Below are positions 13,586 to 26,792 of a stretch of DNA of 64,000 nucleotides, piece after piece. Both the position numbers and the translations under genes were made by a program. The notes beneath the pieces are model-generated. The model was not told the origin of the DNA and did not search any database. It saw only the letters and a program-made list of their open reading frames with translations. Within the stretch, counting starts at the first letter, position 1; each line of letters begins with the position of its first letter. The stretch spans positions 89,404,001-89,468,000 of the forward strand of contig OX597824.1 of the NCBI GenBank assembly GCA_951406725.2. Direction: 5' to 3'. This DNA is from Octopus vulgaris. Taxonomy: Eukaryota.

Positions 13586-13954
13586 TTTTGTGTATGTATG
13601 TATGTATGTATGTATGTATGTATGTATGTATGTATGTATGTATGTATGTATGCATGTATGTTATGATTTCGGCCTGGGCGTAGGCTAGAAACGAACACTG
13701 TGTAACGCAAAAATAACCTTAACAAATATGTAACACATTTATTCCACCATTTGATAAAAAAGAAACAAAGTTTTTTGTTTTTATTCTTATTTTCCAGTCT
13801 TATTTTTTATTCCTAAGAACACAAACAAAGATGGTGGGCTGTATTTGCTACCATGGTAACGGTTTGGGGGTGGGAGAAAAAGTGTGGAAAGAATATGTGG
13901 GCCGATGGACATAAATATCAAAACATTTTAGCGGATCTATTTTCAGTATTTTAC

Positions 13955-15110
13955 ATATATGTGTGTGTGTGTGTGTATGTATGTGTGTATGTATGTATGT
14001 ATGTATGTATGTATGTATGTATGTATGTATGTGTGTATGTATGTATGTATGTATGTATGTATGTGTGTATGTATGTATGTATGTGTGTGTGTATGTATGT
14101 ATGTATGTATGTGTGTATGTATGTGTGTATGTATGTATGTATGTGTATGTATGTATGTATATATGTATGTATGTATGTATGTATATGTATGTATGTATGT
14201 ATGTGTATGTATGTATGTATGTATGTGTGTATGTGTGTGTGTATGTATGTGTGTATGTATGTATGTATGTATGTATGTGTATGTGTATGTATGTATGTAT
14301 GTATGTATGTATGTATGTGTGTATGTATGTATGTATGTATGTATGTATGTGTGTATGTATGTATGTGTGTGTATGTATGTATGTATGTATGTATGTATGT
14401 ATGTATGTATGTATGTATGTATGTATGTGTGTATGTATGTGTGTATGTATGTATGTATGTGTATGTATGTATGTATATATGTATGTATGTATGTATGTGT
14501 ATGTATGTATGTGTATGTATGTATGTGTGTGCATGTATGTGTGTGTATGTATGTATGTATGTGTGTTTATGTGAATGAATGTATGTATGAATGTGTGTGC
14601 TTGCATGTGTGTATGTGTGTGTGTATATGTGTATAAGCATGCCTGTGTGTAGGTACGTACGTATATATGTGTGAGCATGTATGTATATACGTATGATTGT
14701 ATGCATGTGTATAAATATGTGTACCTATGACTGTTTGCGTGTTTGTATGCTTATGTATACATGTGCAAATACGTATACATACACACACACACATATATAT
14801 ATATATATACATAGATATATATATATGTATGCATGTATGTATGTATTTACACATACATATGTACATAGAACCCAGAAATGTACAGACTTGTTTACACATA
14901 CACAAACACGCACACACACACATGCACGCGGACAAACACACACATATGTGTATACAGAAATGTAGGTATATATATATATATATATATATGCATGTATGTG
15001 TGTGTGCGGGTGTGTATGTTCACATACATGCAATCATAAACACATGTATATATTCTTATGAATCCATGTGCTTTTATCAACACATGTCCACCCACAAACA
15101 CAGGCATATG
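13955..15110. repeat. Long compound (TATG/TG/TA)n microsatellite
   Basis: Directly visible. Source of the YVCM/HTYI pseudo-ORFs. Confidence 0.95.
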
Positions 15111-15422
15111 TTTGCAATTGAGAATTTGTGTGTATGTTTATGTGAACGAGAGAGAAAGACAGAGGGAAAGAGAGAGGAAAAACGAGAGAGAACGTGTGTG
15201 TGTGTGTGTGTAATGTTTGGCTGAATATTAAACTACGATTTATTGAAAGTATTCCACGCCCTCCCCACCCATCCACTTCCCCACTGGCGTCTCCACTTTC
15301 CCAGGGGCAGGAACTGACGATGGCTGTGACACAGAGACTGAGCCGGCTATGATAAATGTATACAGTTAATGTATTCTTTGGTGGAGTCTGTGTCGATAGA
15401 AGAGGAGGGGACCGTATAGTGA

Positions 15423-15456
<34 letters not shown>

Positions 15457-16274
15457 GGTAATGGTGGTGGTGGTGGTGGTGGTAGTAGCAGCGGCTGATG
15501 GTGGTGAGGGTGCTGATGATAAACCGGGTGGTGGTTATAGTCTTACTAGAGCCGTTCTGCTTCTTGATTCAAAGATAAGGTCGCTGTTGCTGTTTGTTGT
15601 TGTTGTTGGTGGTGGTGATTCTTATGGCGGTGTGGATGGAGATGCTAGCGACGGATGCTAGTGATGGTAGTGTTTGCAGCGGAGTTTTGGTATGAGGGTG
15701 GTGGATGGCTGCGGCTGTTGGCGGTGGTGGTTGTAGTAGTGGTTGCGGAGTGGGTTTATTTGGTGATGGTATTTAGCTTGTTATTGGTAACGTTGGCGCA
15801 GTCAGACCAGTAGTAGTAGCAGCAGTAGTAGTAGTAGTAGTAGTAGTTGTTGTTGTTGTAGTTGTTGTTGGTGGTGGCGGTGGCGGCGGAGGTATTTTGC
15901 TGGTGTCGGGGGGCCACGATGGAATGTCGGTGATGAAAGAGTGAAATAGATTTCTGTATTGTTGTGGTGGTGTTATTTTTTTTGTAGGTCAGACTAATAG
16001 CGGTAATTGTTGTTGTTGCTACTGCTGCTGTTGTTGTTGTTGTTGTCGTCGTCGCTGATATTCATCATGTTCTTTTTGTTGTGACTACAGTTGCTGCAAC
16101 AGTTATATAGTGTTGTTTATGTTGTTGGTTGTAATGTTGTTTACCTCTAGTTCGGTCCCGATTGAGCAGAATTATGATGAGAGGCTCTCCAGCCGTGACT
16201 GTGCCGTTTTATAATTTTTTTTCTTCTTGATATAGTGTACTCCTTACTCCATCATCCAATGTGTCCTTGTTATC

Positions 16275-16480
16275 AACTGGCAGAATCGTTAGCGCGCTGA
16301 CAAAATACTTAGCGGTATTTCGTCCGTCGCTACGTTCTGAGTTCAAATTCCGCCGAGGCCGACTTTACCTTTCATCCTTTCGGGATCGATAAATTAACTA
16401 CCAGTGAAACACTGGCGTCGATGTAATCGACTAGTCCCCTCCCCCAAATTTCAGGCCTTGTGCCTTTAGTAGAAAGGATT
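16275..16480 (+). mobile_element. SINE family B
   Basis: ctggcagaatcgttagcg...gagttcaaattccgccgagg...ctttcatcctttcgggatcgataaa...gccttgtgcctttagtagaaagg. Confidence 0.85.
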
Positions 16481-16563
16481 TTAAAAACAGTAGGGTGTGA
16501 TTTGTTAGAGTTTTCAGCTGCTAGCAAACCTATGTTGCTATAAAAAACATCTCTGGTTATTAA

Positions 16564-16783
16564 CCCTTTTTTATTTAAACCGGCCATATCTGGCTAAAAT
16601 ATTCTACCTGATTTGTCGTCAGATCAGACAGTTCTGACCTCTCACACCTACCCTACAATGCTATTTTTAAAATAAACAACCACCTGATCGAAATCTCAAA
16701 GCTATGGGATAATTCATGAACAATTCAAAACAATGTGAATAAATAAGCATTACGTTTGGCAGAATAATCTGAATGCTAAAGGA
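16564..16783. mobile_element. piggyBac-like MITE
   Basis: TTAA|CCCTTT ... AAAGGA|TTAA: TTAA TSD with CCCTTT-type termini, one mismatch. Confidence 0.6.
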
Positions 16784-16899
16784 TTAAAGAAGGGTTTTGT
16801 TAGGGAAGTGGACCCGGAAGTTGTTGTTCGCAAACAGCAGCAGTAATTTTCTTCAGCTGAATACACGTCATTGATTGGTTAAAATTACCCAAACACGAC

Positions 16900-17058
16900 A
16901 ACTTTAACACGAAATAACTTCTAAAATACAAAATTTTGTCAAAAACGTTAAAAGTGAACCTTGTTCTATGTGACACATTATACAAGTACCTGAAGTTTCA
17001 AAGTGTTTAGTTTTAAAAAAATTAATTAAAAATCTGGCCGTCAAAATGAAGAGATCCG
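16900..17058. mobile_element. One end of a Merlin-like MITE
   Basis: aaatctggccgtcaaaatgaagagatcc matches the right TIR of 12117-12370. Confidence 0.6.
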
Positions 17059-18149
17059 CTATTTGTAGCAGATTGAGCAACCACGTAGACGCCGTACTCC
17101 CAAAAGAGCAAAGTGAAAGTGAAAGTAGAAAATAACTAAACAGGGGAAAGTAAATAAATAAAGGAAATAAGGGAAAGAGTCTTTTACCTTTTACTTGGTT
17201 CAGTCATTGAACTGGGGCCATGCTGGAGCACGGACTTGAAGGGTTTCAGTCGAATGAATCGACTCCCGTATTTATTTTTTGTTATCGTTAGGTACTTATT
17301 CTATCATCCCTCTCCTACCGAACCGCTAAGTCACAGGGTCACAAACAAACCAACATCGGTTGTGGGGGACAAACATAGACGCAGACACACAAGCAAACAG
17401 ACACACACACACACAGCCATGCCAGCGGGAATAAAGAAATAAGACGAGAAGAGAAAGAAAAAGAAACGAAAGAAAAGAGAAAGAAAGCCTAAACGAAAGA
17501 AGAAACATTTTTCTTTGGAACGAAAAACAAAAGGGAAAATGTGGGGTGAATTATCATCCATCATTACCCAATTATCGGCAACGGCTGGGCTCGAAACATC
17601 GGCCACTCCACCCATCAGTCATAGATGTACCACGGTACTACCGCCAAACCATCGCCATCACGCTAGATTATTTATATAATATTATTTATGATAAACTGGG
17701 CATAATTAAGCTATCAACACGGCTGTTTATTTATAAAAGACGCCTGCGTTTCAATAAGACGGAAATGTATCAACAAGCTTGATGCTTTGCAAAGTGGGTA
17801 AGCGTATGTATACACACACACAAGTGTATAAGTGTGTGTATGTATGTATGCATGTATGTATGTATGTATGTATGTATGTATGTATGTATGTATGTATGTA
17901 TGTATGTATGTATGTATGTATGTATGTATTTATTCAAGCATGCATAACTCCATTTATTAATGGAAAGAATCGTCGGACATATTCCTGCACATAAATACAT
18001 ATACATCCATTCATACGTGCATACATTGATGCATATATGCACACACGCTCGCACACACACACACAAATGTATATGTACGTATGTATATGCATGTATGTAT
18101 GTATATATGTATGTGTGTATGTGGGCTCTTTTCTGTTTTTAATCCTTTA

Positions 18150-18385
18150 TATTCTTCCTCTGAGGAAGGAACTGGTTTCTAACAAAGATACAGAACTCCA
18201 TCGTTGGAATGTAGATAACGAAGACGTTGTTACATTTTAGACTTGAGAAAAGTCTTGCAGAGTTTTACTCTTCTTCTTACAGATTGTATTTGCGATGTGT
18301 GAATTCGCTGATTTCTTTTTCTGAAAATCTTAGCTTATCCACATTGTTACTTAATCATTTACTCACAGATCCAAGTACACTCCGA
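18150..18385 (-). mobile_element. Diverged R4/Dong-like LINE 3' remnant
   Basis: Reverse complement translates VLGSVSK*LSNNVDKLRFSEKE...QIQSVRRRVKLCKTFLK, homologous to the C-terminus at 23952-24167. Confidence 0.6.
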
Positions 18386-19194
18386 AGCACCCTAAAATAT
18401 GAAGGACCCCGTTGTGAAGGCTCTTATATTGGCCCATGTAAAGACGATGGAGGGTTTTTGTTGGGTGGGTAAAGAGGAGATTTAGGTTACCATATTGAGT
18501 AGATTTCTCCACTTATAGAAGGTCTATTATTGGCGCTTGGGTTTATATCTGCTGTTTCTTTATTTCCTGTCCTTTCGACCCTCTTTCCACGTTTTGCTAA
18601 GTTATTTATAAACAATTTAGAACTGATAGAAGTGAGAAAAGAATTCCGCGTTTGGCGTGACTTTAAGTGTTAGAGTAATAAAAAGAAAATAAAAAAAGTA
18701 GAATAAGAACAGAAACACTGTAGTGGCCCCACTTAACAGAAATATAAGCCAACACGAAGAAATTAAACATCACGAGACCAGACAAAGTTTGAAGTACTAT
18801 GGAGATTATTATCCACTCCACTTCTCTCTTTTCATAACAATGCTACTTCACTTTGAGTATAAACTTCACACCATATTCTAAAAGATTCGAAGACTCTTCC
18901 AGCATATCTTTTGCCCTGTGCTGCCACCTACTCCTACCCACCCCCAATATCCCTATACCACATCAAACAACCGCGCTGAACCAATTTCCTCTGTTTGTTT
19001 GGCCACCGAGGTCGCTCGAAGATTCGGAAGTTGATCTCAGTGGTTACCGCATGTGTCGTGTTGATAGTGTGGACTATTCTGAAGTCAGTCAGGGAAGATC
19101 GGGCTAAGAAGTGATATATGAGCCAACGTTTTGTTTTTGTTGTTCTAGGCCTCACCCCATCCCACCATCTCCAGCAAACGGCACATAACTACAT

Positions 19195-19430
19195 ACTCTT
19201 TACTCTTTACTCTCTTTTACTTGTTTCAGTCATTTGACTGTGGCCATGCTGGAGCACCGCCTTTAGTCGAGGAAATCGACCCCAGGACTTATTTTTTGTA
19301 AGCCAGCCTAATACTTATTCTATCGGTCACTTTTGCCGAACCGCTAAGTTACGTGGACGTAAGCACACCAGCATCGGTTGTCAAGCGATGTTGGGGGGGG
19401 GGACAATCAGGCACACAAACACACACACAC

Positions 19431-19477
<47 letters not shown>

Positions 19478-19642
19478 CACATATATACGACGGGCTTCTT
19501 TCAGTTTCCGTCTACCAAATCCACTCACAAGGCTTTGGTCGGCTCGAGGCTATAGTAGATGACACTTACCCAAGGTGCCACGCAGAGGGACTGAACCCGG
19601 AACCATGTGTTTGGTAAGCAAACTACTTACCTCACAGCCACA
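19195..19642 (-). mobile_element. SINE family A
   Basis: Full body with a (CA)n(TA)n centre. A + strand head-only copy follows at ~19822-19965. Confidence 0.9.
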
Positions 19643-20152
19643 GCATCAGTATATTTTTTTTTGTGTGAGTAGAGCTTGAAATGGCGAAAGTGGCTCTGCC
19701 AAATACTGCACTACTTTTGGACTGTTTTAATGTTTGTATTATTATTTTTGAAGAAATATTTTCCACACATTTACCCCCGTCATTGCCAGAATACTGGGAG
19801 CCATAGTTCTTATAATTTCAATAGGCGCAGGAGTGGCTGTGTGGTAAGTAGCTTGCTTTTAGCAACCACATGGTTCCGGGTTCAGTCCCACTGTGTGGCA
19901 CCTTGGACAAGTGTCTTCTACTATAGCTTCGGGCCGACCAAAGCCTTGTGAGTGGATTTCGATAGACATTGAATAACGGATGGTTGGATGGTCACAGCTG
20001 GAATGCTTTTTATCGTAGGAATGGTTGATGAAAGTTGACCTAGGGCTAAACAATGTGAATCCAGTTTGCATCAAAAGCAACATGTCACCAGCAGCAGCAG
20101 CAGCACTACCACCACCTCCTTCTTTCTCCTCCTCCTCCTCCTCCTCCTCCTC

Positions 20153-20501
<349 letters not shown>

Positions 20502-20747
20502 ATTTACGTGCCGACAGTTCGCTGCTATGAAGCTCACCCCCCCCCCCAGACTTCCCACTACATTTTTTAGATTCCAACATGGTGGCCGGCAATGTTCCTT
20601 TGATGTCAACTATCCAACCACACACACCGCCGCCACGTTCCTAAATGTCTCCATCATTAGCTTTCCACCACCGCCGCCTCATACAAGTCTGCGACGAAGC
20701 CTCTACGGTAGTCGTTCCCACCCTTATAATACCCCGACGTCATCAGC

Positions 20748-20779
<32 letters not shown>

Positions 20780-20784
20780 CAACA

Positions 20785-20991
20785 ATACCTATTTCAGGAC
20801 AAACAAGGACAGACAAAGGGATTAAGTTGATTACGTCGACCCCAGTGCGTAACTGGTACTTTATTTAATCGACCCCGAAAGGATGAAGGGCAAAGTCGAC
20901 CTCGGCGGAATTTGAACTCAGAACGTAGCGGCAGACGAAATACTGCTAAGCATTTCGCCCGGCGTGCTAACGATTCTGCCAGCTCGCTGCC
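20785..20991 (-). mobile_element. SINE family B
   Basis: Reverse-complement head ggcagcgagctggcagaatcgttagcacgcc and body match other family B copies. Confidence 0.85.
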
Positions 20992-21494
20992 ATACTACCC
21001 TTATACTACACCGACGTCATCAGCACCACCACCACCACCACCACCACAACAACAACAACAATATCCTTCACTGCAACGAGTCGACGCGGGGCCATCTACA
21101 CGGCGAACTCGGAGAATCATTTGAGCATCGAAAGAAATTCTCAAGGGTTATTCTACCAAGAATATCTTTCGACTTTTAACATTCTGAGTTCAAATCCCGC
21201 CGAGGTCATCTTTGTCTTTCATCGCCACACGGTCAATAAAATGAAGTACCAGTCAACAACTGGGGTCGATATCATCGACTAACCGCTCCCCTCTAAATTA
21301 CTGACCTTACGCCAAAATTGGAAATCCCTTTCAGGGATCACATTATCCGATGTTGGGTGCAGGTTGTGTAGTTAAGAAACTCGCTCTGCAGCCACGTGCT
21401 TTGAGGTTCTGCCCTACTGTACGGCCCCTTGTGCAGGTGGCTAGAGCCCTGGGCCGACCAGTGCCCGGTGATGGAGATTATGGAAGTCCGTGAT

Positions 21495-21705
21495 ATACGA
21501 GGTCTGATCACATGCTAAACACTTTCCTTCCTTCCTTCCTTCCTTCCTTCCAAGCACTTGCTGTAAACAGCGTGAGCTAGAAGGTTAACACTTAGTGCGC
21601 ATGCACAGAAGAGTTCAAGGTCAATCCGTGCCAAGTAGCTTCACTCAGCGTGCTTTAGCTTCGTTACTATAACAACAGTCCGAATACTTATTGAGAAGAC
21701 TACGC
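21495..21705. mobile_element. Mariner-like MITE remnant
   Basis: Starts TA-cgaggtctgatca and ends gtccgaatacttattgagaagactacg, resembling degenerate mariner TIRs. Confidence 0.4.
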
Positions 21706-21720
21706 ACACACACACACACG

Positions 21721-21769
<49 letters not shown>

Positions 21770-21771
<2 letters not shown>

Positions 21772-21975
21772 TGATAGATTGTTAGCTCCTACACGCATTT
21801 TTTCTCTCCTTGTTTCTCTCCCTGTTTTTTTTTCTGTGTCCCTTTCTGTCGAAGAGCGTAGGCTCGAAACGTAAAATACTTTTTCTATTTCTATTCCTGA
21901 GCGCTATACTAATACATTTGTTTGTTTGTACTCCACCTGCCTTCGTCTTTTGTTTATTTTCGTAAACCTTCCCGT
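21770..21975 (+). repeat. Hammerhead-like short repeat (copy 2)
   Basis: cttt-ctgtcga-a-gagc gtag gctc-gaaacgta-aaa, flanked on both sides by (TA)n. Confidence 0.65.
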
Positions 21976-22314
21976 TATATATATATATATATATATATAT
22001 ATACGTTTGTATGTACACTCACACACGCACACACATACACATATATGAATATATGTGTGTGTATGTCTCGTCAAACTGTCATAGTTTAGCGATTCGGCAA
22101 TCGATATCCGATAGAATAAGTATCAGGCTCAAAAAATATATACTGAGGTCGATTTGCTCGACAAAAGCCCTTCAGGGCAGTGCTCCAGCAGGGCCACAGT
22201 GCAGTGTTTTCTTTGTTTTCTTTTAGACTGTAGGTTGTGGCTTGAGGGATGTTTGGCCGCATTTTGGGGAAGAGCTAGACACCATGTAAAGGATGTTTCC
22301 ATGATTTTCGTCTG

Positions 22315-22618
22315 TCCGTATCCGTGTTTCCGTATGTATAGGCGTGTCCGTGTCCGTGTGTGTGTGTGTCCATGACCGTGTGTGTGTCCGCGTCCGTGTC
22401 CGTGTGTGTGTCCGTGACCGTGTGTGTGTGTGTCCGTGTCCATGTGTATCTGTGTCCGTGTCCGTGTGTGTGTCCGTGTCCGTGTCCGTGTCCCTGTGAG
22501 TGTGTGTCCGTGTCCGTGTGTGTCCGTGTCCGTTTGTGTGTATCTGTGACCGTGTGTATGTGTCCGTATCCGTGTGTATGTGTATGTGTGTGTGTGTGTG
22601 TCCATGTCCGTGTGTGTG
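22315..22618. repeat. (GTCCGT)n/(GT)n compound microsatellite
   Basis: Directly visible. Confidence 0.9.
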
Positions 22619-22856
22619 GTGTAAGTATTGCACTAACCCTTGTGTAACTGTGTAATGGTGTCAGCCTCCCACCCTCCCATCCACACACACCACACTTAGC
22701 ACTCTACAATACTTCCCCACCTCCATACATTTATTGTGTCTCTGAGTGTATGTGCGTGCATGTGTGTGTGCGAGTGTGTGTGTGCTTAACAAACACAACT
22801 CTAAGAATATTGAGTCAGTTTCCCTTTAAATGTTATGTATATAATTGTTTGTGTAT

Positions 22857-22894
<38 letters not shown>

Positions 22895-23002
22895 GTGTAC
22901 GTGAACGCGTGCATATTGCGCGTATGGGTAACAAAATTGACACTAAAAGTGTTGAGTCATTTAACAATAACTGTGTGTCTGTGCATATATGTGTGAGTGT
23001 TT

Positions 23003-23055
<53 letters not shown>

Positions 23056-23146
23056 TGTGTGTACAGAGTGAGTGGATATTTTATGCAGGAACACAATGTC
23101 GAATTAACTGAGTCACTTCCCTAAAATTTTATCCACACAAAATGCA

Positions 23147-23188
<42 letters not shown>

Positions 23189-23894
23189 CATATATATGTG
23201 TGTGTGTGTGTGTGTGTGTATTTATGTATGTATGCATATATGTGCACCCGTATGTGCTTAAGTTTGTGCTTGAAGCCCACTTTGGGGTTTGTAAACACAA
23301 AGTCTCTTTCTTTCCTTCTCTCTCTCTCTCACACACAATCTTATAATAGAAATGGAAAAAGAAAAATACTACATTATGTCGTATTTTGCAAATTTAAATT
23401 CTCATATATTAGCATTTCGCTTATCGTAAGGTGCTGAAATAGATAAAAATTCACTTTAATTTCAATTTGAAACAAGAAATGTTGGTATCACGTTAAAGAT
23501 AATGTACCCAAGTTACAACTTTAGAAATTATATATAAAAGAAAGATAAGCTTTTCTTTGTCGCTATCAAGGGATAGCTATGGACACAGGTTTCGCTCAGC
23601 CAGATTCGTCAGTATAGTATTATCTCGTAAATTTCCTGCAATCATTTCGCCTCGCCTTCTAATTAGGAGTTGCTACCAAATGACAAGAAATCTTGAAATA
23701 AAACTGAACTGTGACATACATAAGTGTGTGTATGCGTGTGTGATTGTTTAAATAAATAAAATAAATACCAGGCTTCAAAAATAAAACAAAAAGTACTGGG
23801 GTGGATTCCTTGAAGGACAAATTCTTAAAAGCTGTGCCCCAACATGGCAGCAGTCAAATGACTGAAACAAATTTTAAAAAAAGATAAAATATAT

Positions 23895-24385
23895 GTGCAC
23901 AGTTGTGGAAAGCTGAAGATCAATGAAAAAGAGAACACCTAGGCTGAACTATTGAGAAATCTGCAGTTACTCTATCCAGATTACAAGTTCAGGTTTATAC
24001 CTGTAATTATTGAGGTACTGGGATATGTAGCACACTACCTAAATACCAATCTTGAGAAATTAGGCTTCTCAAAACTAGAAAGGAGAAATCTAATTCGAAG
24101 ACTACAGATGCAATCCATTACTGGAACTATTAAAATCTGTAAAACTTTCCAGATGTTTATCATTTAAATATATATGAGAATGTCTAGAGATGCAATTATA
24201 TGCATAAGAATACGTGCATAAAACAAAACATACAAATCTGCACGTATATACACATACATACATACATACATACATACATACAGACAGACAGACAGACAGA
24301 CAGACAAAAAAAGTGCCCCGTTGTTGATGTTGAAATTCCATTGAACGAACCTTGGATCTAGGTTAGAAATCGGTTCTTTCTCTAT
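23895..24385 (+). mobile_element. R4/Dong-like LINE 3' fragment (second copy)
   Basis: AELLRNLQLLYPDYKFRFIPVIIEVLGYVAHYLNTNLEKLGFS...KICKTF. Reverse-complement match to 12820-13230. Confidence 0.85.
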
Positions 24386-24389
24386 AGGC

Positions 24390-24526
24390 AAGAAGCATGC
24401 TTACCAACCACATATTTCTGGGTTCAGTCCCACTACGAGACACCTTGGGCAAGTGTCTTCTATAGCTTCGGGCCGACCAAAGCTTTGTGAGTGGGTTTGG
24501 ATGATGGAAACTGAAAGAAGCCCTTC

Positions 24527-24608
<82 letters not shown>

Positions 24609-24812
24609 TTGCGTATCTGTGTCCCCACCACCACCACTGTCACTTGACAACCGATGTTGGTGTTTTTACGTCCTTGTAACTTAGCGGTTCGGCAAAAGAG
24701 ACAAATAGAGTAAGTACTAGGCTTACAAAGAATAAGTCCTGGGGTCAATTTGCTCAACGAAAGGCGGTGCTCCAGCATGGCCGCAGTCAAATGACTCAAA
24801 CAACTTAAAGAC
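24390..24812 (+). mobile_element. SINE family A
   Basis: B-box gggttcagtccc, internal (TA)n(TATG)n, tail ggccgcagtcaaatgac. Confidence 0.9.
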
Positions 24813-25454
24813 TACACATACATACATACGTAAATGATTGTTTGTTGACAGTCTTCAATATTGTTTTATTAATTATCTCCACACACAACACACACACACA
24901 CATACACGCACACACACACACACACACACATGTATGTAGGTATGTAATGGATGCATGCATCATTCAATTATGGTTGTATACATTTACGTTGGTCAATAAC
25001 ATAAAAGTTACATGAAGACACACTGACACACTCAAAAGCCAGCGTTATTGTAATATAAAAGCGTGATTCACAGCCATTTAAAAACAAAAACAATCAAGAA
25101 GAAAAAAAATCAAAGTGGCAGACGATTTCCGTTTCGGCTCAATTATGTCATTTAAAGTGAGTAATGGCTTCTATTCTCTGTCGGCTGAGAACAAGATGAC
25201 AATGTTTACTGTTATCACGTGATAGTCTCTGTAATGTCTCCTCCGCCCTCAGAAGCCTCACTTGCTTTTTTTTTAATAAGTAGCCTTAATCAAAATTCCG
25301 TTTCGTGATTTTGTCTGTTTTAACTGTTTTGTTTCCTTGTCCTTTTCTTTTTCTTTTTTTTTTTTTATTTATTCCACAACGAGCGAGGTTCTACGTCAGC
25401 AGAGAAAACGTTTATCAAGTCGGGAACCAACCCGTTTCTTCTGATTTCTTGTGT

Positions 25455-25838
25455 AAAGAAATAGGTATTTCGTCTGCCGCCACGTTCCGAGTTCAAATTC
25501 CGCCGAGGTCGACTTTGCCTTTCATCCTTTCGGGGTCGATTAAATAAGTAACAGTTACGCACTGGGGTCGATATAATCGACTTAATCCGTTTGTCTGTCT
25601 TTGTTTGTCCTCTCTGTGTTTAGCCCCTTGTGGGCAGTAAAGAAAATAGGTATTTCGTCTGCCGCCACGTTCCGAGTTCAAATTCCGCCGAGGTCGACTT
25701 TGCCTTTCATCCTTTCGGGGTCGATTAAATAAGTACCAGTTACGCACTGGGGTCGATATAATCGACTTAATCCGTTTGTCTGTCCTTGACTGTCCTCTCT
25801 GTGTTTAGCCCCTTGTGGGTAGTAAAGAAATAGGTATT
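25455..25838 (+). mobile_element. SINE family B head-to-tail tandem (two ~185-bp units plus a partial tail)
   Basis: taaagaaataggtatt occurs at ~25455, ~25638 and ~25823. The two units are nearly identical. Confidence 0.9.
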
Positions 25839-26554
25839 GTTGATGTTGATGTTTAACCCCGGGTGAGCTATTCTCAGGCAAATCTATTATTAAAAAGGAA
25901 TTCCAGCAGGTGCAGTATTGGCAGAGGTGTCAGATTGCCTGACAGAATGCTTTGTGGTATTTGTTCCGAAGCTTTGTGCTCTGCGTTCAAATCGCGTCGA
26001 GATCATCTTTGTCTTTCATCTTTTCGGGTGGGGACAATAGGCGTGGAAATTAACTTCAAGATTTACAAGATTCCCAAACTATTTGGAGTCAAGGGCTTTG
26101 CTGATGATAATTGCAATAATATTGCTTTGGTTGAAATTGTCAAGGACGAAAGATCAAGGGTAACATATGAGAGTAAGTTACCAGAATCGCTCGGTCTACA
26201 GAAGCCATACATATGATTCCCGAGAAAGGAGGTAAATTCAAGAAATGATGGAATGGATTTTTTTGCGATGTTTCATTACTGTTGTTGATGCTATTGCTGT
26301 CGTCATCGTCATAGTCGTTATTATTTGGCACGGGTCTTCTCTGACCCGATGTCATGCTTATGATCCAACACTACGACAGGTTACTGAATCAGTTTACATG
26401 TAAGAACCTGAATCTAGTCCCAGTCCTAACTTTGAAAGGGATAACATCACTGCGCCATTCTTAAGAAATGAATATGTCCCCTTCACGCCTTACATTAGTT
26501 TACACTCATATATACATTCGTGTATGTATGCGCATACATGTGTGCATATGTGTG

Positions 26555-26624
<70 letters not shown>

Positions 26625-26745
26625 CATTCCTACCTGTCTACCTACCTACTTGTGTATCTATCTATCTATTTATCTATCTATCTACCTACCTAGCTACCTA
26701 CTTACCTACCTACTAATCTATCTATCTTTGTACCTACCCACCTAG

Positions 26746-26792
<47 letters not shown>

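Noticed and set aside
13848-14706. Long ORFs of HTYI/YVCM repeats (also 36366-37124, 41861-42727, 52404-53263, 56963-57964)
   Set aside because: These are translations of stop-free microsatellites, open in several frames on both strands.
1658-15370. Chain of possible small + strand exons (1658-1725, ~9991-10070, ~15305-15369)
   Set aside because: They are phase-compatible but short, one donor is weak (gtcatt), and the peptide is unrecognisable. This is expected by chance.
25455-25838. CRISPR-like repeat-spacer array
   Set aside because: The units are whole SINE copies with no unique spacers; the context is eukaryotic and there are no cas genes.
26095-26148. CTGATGA...hairpin...GAAA..GTC hammerhead candidate
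   Set aside because: Stem III and stem I cannot both be formed with a valid NUH register, and stem II closure is poor.
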